Notes under the pieces: generated by a model | Databases searched by the model: none | What the model was told of the DNA's origin: nothing | The model's input: only the letters and a program-made list of their open reading frames with translations | Position numbers and translations under genes: made by a program | Shown here: in pieces, positions 49,781-62,893 of the stretch | How positions within the stretch are numbered: the stretch's first letter is position 1 | Layout of the letters: every line of letters begins with the position of its first letter | From: Camelus ferus | Taxonomy: Eukaryota | Direction: 5' to 3' | Assembly (NCBI RefSeq): GCF_009834535.1 | Contig: NC_045697.1 | Location: 68,698,001-68,762,000 of the forward strand | Length of the DNA: 64,000 nt

Positions 49781-51960
49781 AGCGTTGGCCGTATCCGCAG
49801 GTCTTTCAGGAGCAGATTTCAGTAGAGGACGAGAAACATACACCCAATCCTCATAATAAAAGGGGATTGTGAAAAGTTATAAGCAGCAGGTAGAGAAGGG
49901 AGGCATCATGGAAGACAGAAAGCATGACCAGAGAGGTGAAAGAAAACCAGGAGGAAGTCTTGTTTCAGAAACAAAGGGAAGAAAGTGTATATTTGGCAAA
50001 TAAAGAAGAGACTAGATAAATGTATTTTAAGGATCTTCCCAGACATTTCGAAGGATACCTAAGTGGATTTTTAGTTAAGAAAATACTTCTCAAACCCCGA
50101 CCTGACTAGTCAACAAAACCTATATATCCTATTGGACACTGGTTCATGAACTCCTAAAGGTCACCAGGATGCACAGGTTGCGGGCACATGTGTAGAGTAC
50201 TGAAAGTTAGGTACAGCTCGGAAGGAGGTGACTAATAATGCTTCTAATAAAGACATCATCTTGTAGAATCAGACATGGGAGTACAGTTTGAGAAACAGCA
50301 AGGAAATCAGAAATATACTGATAAAATGTAGTTTTGACTTGAATCATCACTGATGCTCTATTTAATTCTCATTGTAATTTTTCCTTTGGAAGCTTAAGTC
50401 ATTATAATGCTAATGAGGTCATACATATTAAAAGAGTTATAGTAAAGCAACTCTACATGTGCAGTAATATACAAAAATTCAATTTATTCCCAACATGTGG
50501 AGGGCTTCTCATTATAGATAATTATAGAAAAGTACATTTTTTATTACCAGTATATTACTAAAAACTTAAAGGGGAAAAGATATCCTTTATAACAATTTAA
50601 AAAAACCCTATCCAAGGAAAACAAATTTCATTAAATTGTTGGTAACATTTTTAATGAGTAATAAAGTCCTAATCTGAAGAATTCACTTTTTAAAAATTTA
50701 ACTTGTTTTTATTATAATGTTACATGTTTCACCTCTACACTATAGGTTTCCTACAGTGATTTTTCTAAAACAATTTCCAGATGGACAATATTAATTAATT
50801 AATAAGTAATTATAAAATAAGCCTAAATATAGAATTAAAATAAAATATATTTTCTAGCAGTTTCTGAAAGATTCAATAATTTTCAAACAATTGTTAAGAA
50901 AGAATTAGTGTTTAGTCATGATTTGCACATTCAGCTGTTTTGCTCAATTATTTAAACAGTTCATTCAGATGATCTATATAATGTAGTATTTCTTGAAACA
51001 GAACTTTGAAACTCTTTATCTGAACAGTGCAACTAGAGAAAGCACGTCAGTAAAACAATGAGCTTTAGACGACAAAGTGTTCTTCTATGGCAGATTGAGA
51101 GCTCACATTATGCTTCTCTCTCACTCTGATAAATTTATTCTTGAACTTGCTTATTATTACATAAGAAACCACTGCTGGGAATTGCAGTTAACACAGCAAT
51201 GAAACTTTAATATCATCTTCCCTTGTTACAAGTGGTGTGATTTTCTGTCATTACCAAGATAGCTTAGATTGAGATATGAAGGCAGATGCACTGACATATT
51301 AGATAACCATATACTATTTAAAGGACACAGGAGTAGTTTCAAAGGAGGAGAAGGAAGCCTCACAACAGGTCCCATGTCATGTCATCAATTACAGAACCTG
51401 TCACGCTAATGACTAAGGAAATGCAGGAAGCAGTGACAATGAGAACATTCATCTTGTTCTTCTCTGGAAAAGGTGCACCTGTATCCCACTGCACTCTGTC
51501 TTCTGCTACCTCCCGCCTCCCTGACTTTTGTTCTCCATGACAGTGAATGTGATCCTGAGAATGCGACCTATCTATCATCCTTTCTTCCTGTAAGGCACCT
51601 TGACTGCAGTTAATGACTGTAATAAGACCAAACAATAGATACCACACCCCAAAGCTCTTATATTCAGCTTCTCTGAAAATGGGCTTGAGACAAAAGAAGA
51701 TCAAAGGCAAGTGTTTTATACCATCTCACTTAACTTGCTCCTCTAGTTCACACCATAATCAGATAGGAAATGTAGCTGAAAAGTAATGGGACTGATTCTA
51801 CACTTACAAACTTAGGTACACAAGCATCGTACTTATTTATCAATAACACTGTTCATTTTGAACTATATGTTACCAGTGCATCCCAACGTTAAAGTACAAA
51901 TGTTTTTAAACAACAAAAAATGTGAGAGAGTCTTTTTATAACATTAAAAAAGAAAACTTC

Positions 51961-52190
51961 GGGCGGGAAGGGACAGACTGGGATTTCAAAATGTAGAATA
52001 GATAAACAGGATTATATTGTATAGCACAGGGAAATATATACAAGATCTTATGGTAGCTCACAATGGAAAAAAATGTGACAATGAATATATATCTGTTCGT
52101 GTATAACTGAAAAATTGTGCTCTACACTGGAATTTGACACAACATTGTAAAATGACTATACTCAATAAAAAAAATTTAAAAAAAGAAAAG
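51961..52190 (+). mobile_element. Young camelid-type L1 3' end
   Basis: gggaagggacagactgggatttcaaaatgtagaatagataaacaggattatattgtatagcacagggaaatatatacaagatc...ctcaataaaa plus A tail; TSD-like aaagaaaacttc / aaggaaaacctc. Confidence 0.85.
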
Positions 52191-52867
52191 AAAGGAAAAC
52201 CTCTACCTAGCAGCTATTGCCGCCACTACCACTACTATTATCACCACCACTACTTCTGCTGCTGCTGCTGCTGTAGCTACCTGCCAGGCGCTGTAAGGCA
52301 CTTTTAATTATTTTAATTACCACAAAAAATTTTATGCAGTAGACTGTTGTCATTTCTATTTTACAGAGTAAGAAACTGAGTCTCAAAGGAGTTCAATTAC
52401 TTGCAAACTAGCAATTCTCAAGTCTCCTCTCTACATCAGTTTTAGGACTGCTAGAGGATAGAAAAATTAAGGTTTTAACAAGCAAGAACTTTGCAATATA
52501 GTAAGAGGAATAAGCAATATAAAATAGTCTACACATAGCTATGACATAAGGTAATATTTGAATGAAAGTTTGAAGAGGGGTATAAGATATATAGAGCCAA
52601 AGGAAAGGAATTTTAGGGGTGGATCTCTGGAGAACATAACTGAGTTTATCTGAAGGTCAGTATGCATTTGAACCGTCTGGAGCAAGAAGAGTTATCTTCT
52701 CTAGTCATAGGAAAGCACAGTGATAACAGTATGTGTAAGACACTAAAAGACTGTAAAATTCATATTAAAATCCATTGGTGGGAGTGGGGGAGGCATCTTA
52801 TTACTGGATTCTGTGTGCTGGTGTTTAAATCCAGGAAATCAATGCCTTTTTGAACTTCCTTAGTTAC

Positions 52868-52939
52868 CTCTCTATTTGCAGCAGTTTCTGAACCTGAACC
52901 TGAGCAACAATCTGTACTGTGTGCAATGCATCTTAACAT
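52868..52939 (-). other. Candidate exon (72 nt)
   Basis: Strong acceptor ttttttttttcttcag and donor GAG|gtaact; open in phase 0-0 (MLRCIAHSTDCCSGSGSETAANRE). Confidence 0.3.
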
Positions 52940-55424
52940 CTGAAGAAAAAAAAAACTCAAACAGGTGATGTTTTCCAGAAATGAGCGAATTAGAGTCATT
53001 AGGTTTATTGTAAGCAAGACTGTAGGGGAAAAAAACCCTGATGCATTCTATCTAAAAAGCAAACTTACAGGAAAGTTATAGGAAAAGATGTAAGTGACCT
53101 CACCATTGATATAAGTGTGGTAGATAAAATCAGCTTCCAGTGAACAACTGAATTTACAATTTTAAGTGAAAAGGCAGGAATTTCACACAAACATTTTAAC
53201 ATGTAGTCTTCTATAATGAACATGATAATTTCACAATCACAAGTCAACAGCCCTTGGGAATTTAAAAATAATTGATTCAATATTACTAGAAAGATCCTTT
53301 GGCCTTAATAGCCAATAGACTTAAAGAAAAATTCAAATTTATGGTAACTAGATAAAAAATAAACATGTATTTAACTTAAATGTTTTGGTAACTGATATAT
53401 AAATATTTACGAATCTTCTCTTTGTCTAAACAGATGAAATAACTTGCTCAGGGCTTGTCTTAAAGCACAGAAGAGTCTCCCATTCGTTCAAGAGTCTTCA
53501 TTAAACTGTCAACTGAGGCTTGTAGCCTCTGGGTTAAGTTATATTTTCTACCAGGATTAAATTAAAGAATATGAAGCTTTATATTGTTTTCCTTTCCACA
53601 TTGGTAGGGTCCCATAACTAAATATGAAAAGAATTAAAGTGCAGAAACATACTTGATTTTTCTATCACATCTTATCTTTTGACTGTAGTGTATAAAACAT
53701 TTCTGACATTTTGTAATACATATACACACATATTTTAAGCATATATTTTTGTAATTGTTTTATACCATCTGAATGAAATTGCTCATTTTGGGTTTTAGAT
53801 TTAAATTTACTTGAAAAGTTTTTTTATTTCATCATAAATTAAGAATGTCAAATAGTTTATCATAAATGCACTCAAAATGTCCATCAGGATCTAACACTGG
53901 CCCCAAGGATTTAGCACAATTTATGCAAACTGCAAGATATTCTGATTAAATCCTTCTAGTCTAGTCTATAATAGATATTTCTCTCTAAAGTGTCTATCAG
54001 TTGACTTAGCCACACACCAGTGATCTCCCCTTTCTCTTACCTTCTCTAATACTTATTATTCATACCATTTTTTTATGTTAACTAGTCTTTGCTGAGGTAA
54101 GTCCTGTCCCTCTAGTCAGTCTGAAGTTCTTTGACGGCAAGAGTACATTACTTTTTCACATCCCCAGTTTTAGAGAGTAATAGGTCATTCACATAAAAGA
54201 GATTCGTAATTTTTTTAAAGAATTGATGATAATGAAAAAAGAGAAGAAAGAGAAGGGAAGGGGCAGAAGCACGTATTTAGGAAACATACTACTACAGGAA
54301 TATTGAAAATTCGAAGTGTAATTCACAACATTTAGAACATGGGAAAGTAAGACTCTAGTTGCTTATTTGGGGAAGCTGATATAATATAGCAGCAAATTGG
54401 TCAAAACCGGTCAAAATGCTAAAGCAATAGTCATATTTTAGTTGGGTATATTTATTTTACATATAATTTTCTAGACCCCAAACTGAGTTTTTCACACTTA
54501 AAACAGAATGGTATAATGAAAGGGACAGTACCAAATCCTCTGCAATCAATCTGTTAATCATGTCCAGAGTTGCAGAATGAGGGAACACTCAACTCTCCCT
54601 AACTTTAAATGGTCAATTCTGTCCTTTTTACAATCTGCCTTAACACTGCAAAGCACTCCATTGCTACTGATGACATTACTGCTAGTTTTGAAAGAGATTA
54701 ACCAAAAAAGGTATTTATTCATTCTCACATTTGAAACATTTATATTTCTAAAAATTTTGTTCTAAATCTTGTAATTCAAAGGTTACATAACACAAAATTC
54801 TTGATATGTTAATGATGGTAATACATGTAGTAGAAACAGAGTGCAATAGAAAGCATTAAATTAGAGAATATTTTGTTTTACCCTCAGCACTGCCACTAAC
54901 TAACCATTATGACCTAAGGTAAAGTCACTCAACCTCTTCTGACCTCAAATGTCACATACTGATAGCATTAAGTCTATAGTCCCAAGGTGTCTATAAAATC
55001 TAAGTTTCTATGATCTTATTAATTAATTTTATTTACAAACCTGGGAGCAACTTGGTAAAAATTCAAGGCCTGCTTCCTTTATGAAAGCTCTGGGGCTCCA
55101 CTGAGCTGATGCAGTCAATGAAAGTTTAAAAAAGAAAAGAAAAGAAAGCCACCTCTGTAATAATCCCAGTCATTAAGCTAATCCCCATCATTAAGAAAGA
55201 GACACAACCCTCGGCAGGCCTCTCTGGACTCTGGAGCAACATAGTCCACATTTCCACACGTGAATGTGCTGCCCAGGACTACTCATGGAGTGGTATCTAC
55301 CTAAGTGCCCCCAAAATAAAGGAAGGCTCTCCAGCTGAAGCCATGGCAGGAATTTTCCTCTTTGTTCTGTTTTGTTTTTCTCTGTGTGTTGGTGTGTTTG
55401 TTTATGTTTGTATATGTTTTACAT

Positions 55425-55931
55425 ATAAAGCCAGTTTCCTCCTAAGCACTTCTTCTGGGGTGCCTCCTTTGCACTAGAGAGATTGCAAGCTTAAAGACAA
55501 CATTTATCGGACTTCTTTACAGTTGAGGTTCTGGATATACAGTGGGTCCCAAGAATTAAATGCACGTATGTGGGATGACAGAAATACTGAAAGGGAGGCT
55601 ATTATCTTTGGCAGACATAGTTGATATATAGGTTTTTCAGCTGCAATATTCCAAAGTCCCCTCTGTAGCTTTATGCTTGTCAAGTGGCAGTGTGGCTCAC
55701 CCACCACTATTCTAGATTCTAGTTACTAGTTTTAAGCATGTGAAAAGTGTGGCAACAGCCTCGGCTCCCCTGCTAGATTGTACCATGGTGTTTGGCAAGT
55801 TACTTCTAGATTCCCAGCCTAGCGTTCCCTCCACCAACTTTTCCAACAATGTTATAAGCACCTTATTCGCTGTATTATTTTTTTCCATAATATATTGATT
55901 TTCTTTTTACATATGAACCTGGTATGATACA
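55425..55931 (+). mobile_element. ERVL LTR (LTR33-like)
   Basis: catttatcggacttctttacagttgaggttctggat...aaatgcac and end ttccaacaatgttataagcacctta...tgataca. Confidence 0.55.
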
Positions 55932-56910
55932 CGAATAGTTTAATGGTAATGCTAATAAAATATAAGGAGCAGAGGAGGGAAAGAACACAGGAGGGAGGGA
56001 GAAAAGGAATGGGAGATAGAATGCACTAGATTAAAAGACAGTAAAACCTTAGTCCTGGTGTTAGCACTGCCACTAACTCAGTAATGTGACCTTGCCAAGT
56101 CACTTGAACTTTCCAGACCATAGTACCTCAGTGTAAAATGATGGCCCTGGAGGATGAATTCTCAAAGATTTCCACAAATTTTTAAAGGCTATGTATGCCT
56201 TGCTAAATTAATTAAAGTTAAATCATTAGCTGTACTGCAACAAGATTCTTAAATTCTAAGGGAAATGACTTGTTTCCCTTACAATGAGAACAGACAAAAA
56301 CCTGCATTTTTAAATTTTCTGATGATTTCTCTCATATCTGAGTAGTTTCATCAGAAGGCAAGAACAGGCAGTGCTACTTTGAATAAAGAGAATGACTCAT
56401 GTGAACAACTTCCTGAATTAGAAAGCTACTTCAATTTCAATCCTTAACAGATTTAGATTAGTAGTTTTCTATGCTTTTTCCAAAATTAAAAGTATGAGGT
56501 AAATTTTTTTTCTTGAAAGTCAATTACTGAAGCATTTTAGTCAATATGAATATTGTCTTAAAACAACACTCCTAATGGATAGTCAAGTACTCTCAGTTCA
56601 TAAACCATAAAATGCTCTTTGCAACTGAAGATTGTTACCTACCCAGAAAAAATGCTTTAAAGGAATTCTAAAATGGTTTGATGTATTACAAGGTTGAGTA
56701 GTATGACATGGCATTTACTGTTTTTTTAGTAACTCTACCATTTTCTTAGCAGATGATGCAGAACCAATTACAGCTATTATCACAACTGAATCATGAAAAA
56801 ACAAATGATGACTAAGTTGTAATAGCCTGACCAATTTTCTAGTTTACAAAGTCAGATTTAATGTTGTTTTTAACACTTTTGAGGGCATATCTGTATTCTC
56901 CAAAAGACAG

Positions 56911-57866
56911 TGTGGCAGAGACTGCTAATTGGTTTTAAAATCCCAATTTTTAGCTGGGCCCCTTATAGCTTAAGGGAACCATGTATCTATTAAGAACTGG
57001 CTACGAACAAGTAAAAGGAATTGTTGTCCAATTACAAAAGTAATTTTGGGGGGCAAATTTGTGTAGTATTTCCTTCAGAAGAAGAGGGGATACCCTTCCC
57101 TCCTACCCCCAAACATGGAACTGGATGTGATGTCTAGAATAGCACTCATGAACTAGGAAGGTAAAGACTACATGGCCAGGATCACTAAGTGGCTGAAGCC
57201 CCTGTTCCTGGTGACTTCATGGAGCCCCTATATGAGCCCTAGACTGCCTGTCTCTTTTGCATGAGAGAGAGACATCTATAGTTATTTTGAGTTTTCTTTT
57301 ATGTGCATCTGAGCCTACCTATTTTATTTTATTTTATTTTATTTTATTTTATTGAAGTATAGTTGATTTACAACGTTGTGTTAGTTTCTGGTGTACATCA
57401 AAGTGGTTCAGTTATTTTTATATGTAGATATGTATTTTTTTTCATATTCTTTTTCATTATAGGCTATAACAAGGTATTGAATTTAGTTCCCTGTGCTCTA
57501 CAGTAGGACCCTGATGTTGTTTACTTCCTCTGTATATAGTAGTTTATGTCTGCTAATCCCCGCTTCCCCCTTTGGTAACCATAAATTTGTTTTCTATGTC
57601 TGAGTCCTTTCTGTTTTGTAAATAAGTTAATTTGTGTCATTTTTTTCAGATTCCACATATAAGTAATATCATATGGTATTTGTCTTTCTCTGTCTGACTT
57701 ACTTCACTTAGTATGATAATCTCTAAGCTCATTCATTTTGCTGCAAATGGCAATATTTCATTCTTTTTTGTGACTGCCTATCTCTTTTACATGAGGGAGA
57801 AAGAAATTTCTATAGTTATTTTAAGATTTCTTTCATATGCATCTAAGCCTACTCTTAATCAACACA
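56911..57866 (+). mobile_element. Old MaLR/ERVL LTR (MLT1J/K-like) interrupted by L1
   Basis: TG...CA ends (tgtggcagagactgct...aatcaacaca); 5 bp TSD-like gacag/gacat. Confidence 0.7.
57321..57771 (-). mobile_element. L1 3' end with (ATTTT)n tail
   Basis: attgaagtatagttgatttacaacgttgtg...agattccacatataagtaatatcatatggtatttgtctttctctgtctgacttacttcacttag. Confidence 0.9.
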
Positions 57867-60689
57867 GACATTTTTAAGATTAGGAGGTTGTTTTAGTTCT
57901 CATTAAAATTGTACATAAAAATCTTCTTAAAGAATCATGAAAAATCAATATATACCATTAGATAATGTCATCTGGGGAAAAAACTATATAAAATCTTAAA
58001 TTTTTTTGTAGATGTTATGATTTATGTGTGAATATATTAAGAGAAAAATAGTAAATGGAAATGCTGGATACTGCAGGAAGCATATACTTCAACAAAAATA
58101 TCCAAAGTTCATTTTAATCATACATATTTAGCATATAATTTAGAAATAATACTTAGATTGAATTTTTTTTTCAGTTTTCTAATTGGAACCACCATGAAAT
58201 CATACCAGTAATGAACATATAGAGCTACTTAATAACTGTACACTAAATTAAAGATTTCTCTGCTAACACATAGAAAAGAAACTGAAGATCCATGTAAGAG
58301 GAACAAAGTTAACACACAAACATTTTGAAATAATTTATATACAAATACAATAGAACTCAAATTAAGTATTTACTAATAGATTAGGTTATGCATATAAAAA
58401 TTTCTTGTTTTTAAAATGGTGCCTTCTAATGATAAAAAAAAAAAAAAATTAAAACCCAAGTATAAATAATGTAATCGGCACTTACTATGCCCCAGCCAGC
58501 ATATATACTTTTTGCATAATACTTAAAATGTCCTATAAAATATGTTCTATTATTATTTCTGTTTTAAATATTAAGAATCTGGGACTCAGTTCTCAAATTC
58601 TCTGGATCTGACTAAAGTGAGAGGGGGTATAAAAGCCAGTGGAGCTCCTGTGTCGGTCTTAAGGGTTAACTCCTAAAGACTAGAGCTACCTACAAGGACT
58701 TCAATAATAACAAGATATATATATAGTTCTCCCTTTATGATTTCCCCACCTCCAACATCATCTTGCACTTGGCTAATACATGATAGTAACTGTAACCACA
58801 ACTATCTAAGAATTTGGCTTTAATGAATTTATCACAAAAAGTTTTAATTATTTTAAGCATTTGTAAAAAATCTATGATTTGTGATTCTCCTCAAGCATAT
58901 ATTCACATTCCCTGTTGTTAGGATGTTAGTATCTGCAATTTAATTTAAACTGGTTATGTTCTATTTGTCTCTTCATATGCAGTAACACAGATCTATTACA
59001 ACTGTATTTCCTGGACAAATATAGACCCAAAGAGAATCCATTAGTGCCAATGGAAGTAAAAAAGAAGTGAAAAGGTCTAAGAAAATGATCATTCTTAACT
59101 AGAAAACATAAGTTTTAAATAATGTGTAGATGTTGAATTGAGCAGTGGTGCTGACCTCTAATGTGAACAGCCTCATTTTATGTTCTATATAGAAACAAGA
59201 AAAGGAAATTTACTAGAATCTTTCAGGAAGTGTTCCAGCCAGCGCAAAAAATAGCATTTATGGGAGAAATTAGATGCTATAGCAGGGATCAATGAAGCTT
59301 GATTTTATAACCATTTTAGGTGCCCAGAATACCATAAACTTTGTTTCCTTAAATTTTAAGTGTGACTGATGTCACTAGGTTCCCAGGATGTTCATAAATT
59401 GGCATTCTAAGTTTAGGAGTTAATTTTTAAAGTCTCTGTTTTTATGGACCATGATAGCACACATCTCTTTCCTTTGTTTCTAGTGAAGTGGAACTGACTG
59501 CATAAGCAATTCAGCACTTTACAAAAGGCATGCCTTTTTTAAAAAATCAAATCAGAAGCCAGAACTTTACTAGTTTATCATCTTCATTTTAAAAAATCAA
59601 CATAAGTGTTGAAACAGCCTTACGTGAGAATTACTTAAAAGAGATTTCTAGGTGTGGCAGAGTTACTCTAATATTGTTTAATGTAATTGCTCTGTTTATA
59701 CCCTTGTTTAATTTCTCTTGTGATATAACAATCAAATCACATAGTGATCTGCAGCATCATTACCGATTTAGGATTTGTAGACAGCGTTGGATGTACTGAT
59801 AGAATCAACTTTCTCTTTGAATTTAGCAACTACTGAATTAAGAACTATTTGAGTCAAATGCTATTTTTCTAAATCACCACTAATAATAAAACACTTGTTC
59901 ATACACTATTACAGAAAATGTTCAGGATCAAATTCACAGTATCTTTATAATGTAGGTATTTGTCTACTTTATGAATTTTTTCCTATAGATTACTGTCAAT
60001 TGCAGAAAGTTCATTTTACCACATTTCACAAATTATATAGGTCATAGTAGGCTCTCTACCAGGGATCCAAAAAAGCTGTAACTTCAAAAATATGTCGTTT
60101 ATAAAAGAATGTGGCCAAGAGAGCCAAGATTACAACCTCAAAAAAATGAATGATTAATTTATCTCTGACATCATCATAAATTGACAGATGGAAAATATCT
60201 TGAGAATCTTTTACTCAGGAAGAAATACCAAATCATATTTAGCTTTTCTGTTTTTGAAAATCTGAATTGAATAAATTGAGCATTGGTGCTATTTCTAAAT
60301 CACTTAATCATTAATGGATGTTCTGATAATATTTGGAGATAGTCTTTTATACTGTGAAAGCTTAGAATATTCTATAAGATGCTCCTTTCTCACTGTTGAG
60401 ATTATATCTAACTTTCTGCTACTTTTAGTTTCTGACAAATTTTAAATTTCTAATGTAAACTTCCATAAAATCTAAAAATAATGACAAAAATTAGATCACA
60501 AGGATAACTATGTAATGTTATGTTTCCAGCTTGCCATGATTACCTGGAATGTTAACAAGTTAATTCTCCAAAACAAATACACTTTGCATAAACACAAGAA
60601 AAATCCCACAAATAATATCTTATTCCTAATTTCTGACCTAAATATCCCTTCTTTACTTTCTCATTCTAAATAGGGACATGGTTTTGAAG

Positions 60690-60970
60690 AGTAATAACTA
60701 ACATTTACTATATGGTCAGCACAATTCTAAGTACTTCAAGCATATTAACTCAGTGAACTAAGCAGAATTCAGTTAGTACCTAAGTCAGTGAATCTTTACA
60801 ACAAACATAAAGAAAGTATCATTATTGTCTCCATCATCATTATCAGATGGGAAAGCAAAGGCACAGAAACCTTAAGTAGCTTGCCTCCTAAAGTTATACA
60901 GGTTTATGTAGTGAAATTTAAATTTGAACATAGGAATCATAGTTTGAGTCCTTAGTGCTAATCACTATTC
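60690..60970 (-). mobile_element. MIR SINE
   Basis: ataactaacatttac...attctaagtacttc...cagatgggaaagcaaaggcacagaaaccttaagtagcttgcc. Confidence 0.7.
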
Positions 60971-61118
60971 TACAATGACTCTTAATTTTACAATAAGAAA
61001 ATAAAAACTCAGTTATAAAAAGACGTAACTGACAGTGAGCCACAGTAGTGGAGACCATGGGAAACCAGAGAAAACATGATTTATTGAAAGGGGCAGCTGC
61101 TAAGTAGCACCAGCCAAC

Positions 61119-61430
61119 TGTTGCCAGTGAAATGCACTGGGTTGAGATTCCATTTTACTCATTTACAAGCTAATAAGATGGCCAGTTACTGTTTTATGAT
61201 GCTGGCAAAAACAGTGAGATTCCTATGTCAGAGACAAAGAACTCTGCAACTCAAGGCACAGCAAACAGCACGATCATCAGCATATTTATGTCAGTTTCCT
61301 TTCCTTGTCACATGATGGGTCTTGGCCCAGACAAACATGTGCAGTTTCTAAATGATGGCATGAATAACATTACTTACACAAAAGGAAGCTATTTAGTCAT
61401 TTCAGAGCTCTATTTTATATGCCCATAATT
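61119..61430 (-). mobile_element. ERVL-type LTR fragment (MER54/74/76-like)
   Basis: gatgctggcaaaaacagtgagattcctatgtcagagacaaagaact...cacagcaaacagcacgatcatcagcat. Confidence 0.5.
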
Positions 61431-61624
61431 GCATAGATTAAGTGACATTTTCTGGAGAGCTGCGCTGTATAAATCAATAAATTTCAGATTTATTTACAAT
61501 TAGGAGTTTTGACAGACCAGGTCCATCCTGCTATAAATGCATTCCATGGGTAGGAGCTCTATCTAGTAAATACTACTGGTGTGATTGCAAGGATGTCTGC
61601 TTTTAACATGTTTATAAGGAGATT

Positions 61625-61977
61625 TAACTAGAAGAAAAATCATATGATCATATTAAAGATGCAGAAAAAGCATTTGACAAAATCCAACACCCATTCATGA
61701 TACAAACTCTCAGCAAGTTAGGAATAAACAGGAAATTGCCTAACTTGATAAACATCTACAGAAATCTCTACAGCTAACATTTTATTTAATGGTGAAAAAC
61801 TACATGTTTTTTTCCCTATGACCAGGAACAAGAGATGGATGTTCCTGCTTACCATTCTTATTCAGTATTTTACTGGAAGTCTTAGCCAATGCAATTAAAA
61901 AAGAAAGCAATCTCAAATCTATTTACCCAAATGAGCTGAAAATTTACTTCCACACAAAAACCTATATATACACAAAT
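61625..61977 (+). mobile_element. Old L1 ORF2 fragments
   Basis: gatgcagaaaaagcatttgacaaaatccaacacccattcatgat (DAEKAFDKIQHPFM), then a jump to ORF2 C-terminal sequence. Confidence 0.85.
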
Positions 61978-62307
61978 AGAGGCAGAAGACCTAAATAGAC
62001 ATTTCTCCAGAGAAGACATTCAGGTGGCCAACAGGCACATGAAAAGATGCTGAACATCGCTAATTATTAGAGAATCACAAATTAAAACTATAATGAGGTC
62101 TCAATTCACATCAGTCAGAATGTCCATCATCAAAAAATCTACAAATAATAAATGCTGGAGAAGGTGTGGAGGGAAAAAGAAACCTCCTACATTGTTAGTG
62201 GGAATATAAATTGGTGCAGCCACCATGGAGAACAATATGGAGATTTCTTACAACACTAAAAATAGAGTGACCATATGATCCAGTAATCCCACTCCTGGGC
62301 ACATATC

Positions 62308-62383
<76 letters not shown>

Positions 62384-62401
62384 CAGACAGATAGACAGAC
62401 A

Positions 62402-62442
<41 letters not shown>

Positions 62443-62893
62443 ACAATGAAATACTACTGGGCCATAAAAAAGTATAAGATAATGCCATCTGCAACAACTA
62501 GATGGCCCTAGAGATTATTATACTAAGTGAAGTCAGAAAGGCAAATATCATATGATATAATTTATATGTCGAATCTTAAAAAATGATTCAAATGAGCTTA
62601 TTTACAAAACAGAAAGAGACTCAAGGACATAGAAAACAAACTGTTACCAAAGGAGAAAAGAGGGAAAGGGATAAACTAGGAGTTTGGGATTAACAGATAC
62701 ACACTTCTATATAAAAAATAGATTAAAAAAAACCAAGAACCTACTGTATAGCACAAGGAACTATATACTCAATATCTTATAATAACCAATAATGGAAAAA
62801 AATCTGAAAAACAATATATATATGTATAACTGAATCACTTTGCTATACATTTGAAACTAATACATATTCTAAATCAACTATACTTCAACAAAA
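61978..62893 (+). mobile_element. Artiodactyl-type L1 3' end containing a compound microsatellite
   Basis: Collinear with the L1 at about 30255-31150 except for the microsatellite segment. Confidence 0.9.
62308..62443. repeat. Compound tetranucleotide microsatellite (TAGA)19-(CAGA/TAGA)5-(CAGG)9-CAGA
   Basis: Counted directly from the sequence. Confidence 0.95.

Noticed and set aside
51360..51710. 116 aa minus-strand ORF
   Set aside because: Non-ATG start, no clear splice boundaries or domain; more plausibly non-coding
62195..62497. ORF with LSIY/LPAC repeats
   Set aside because: Translation of a tetranucleotide microsatellite within an L1
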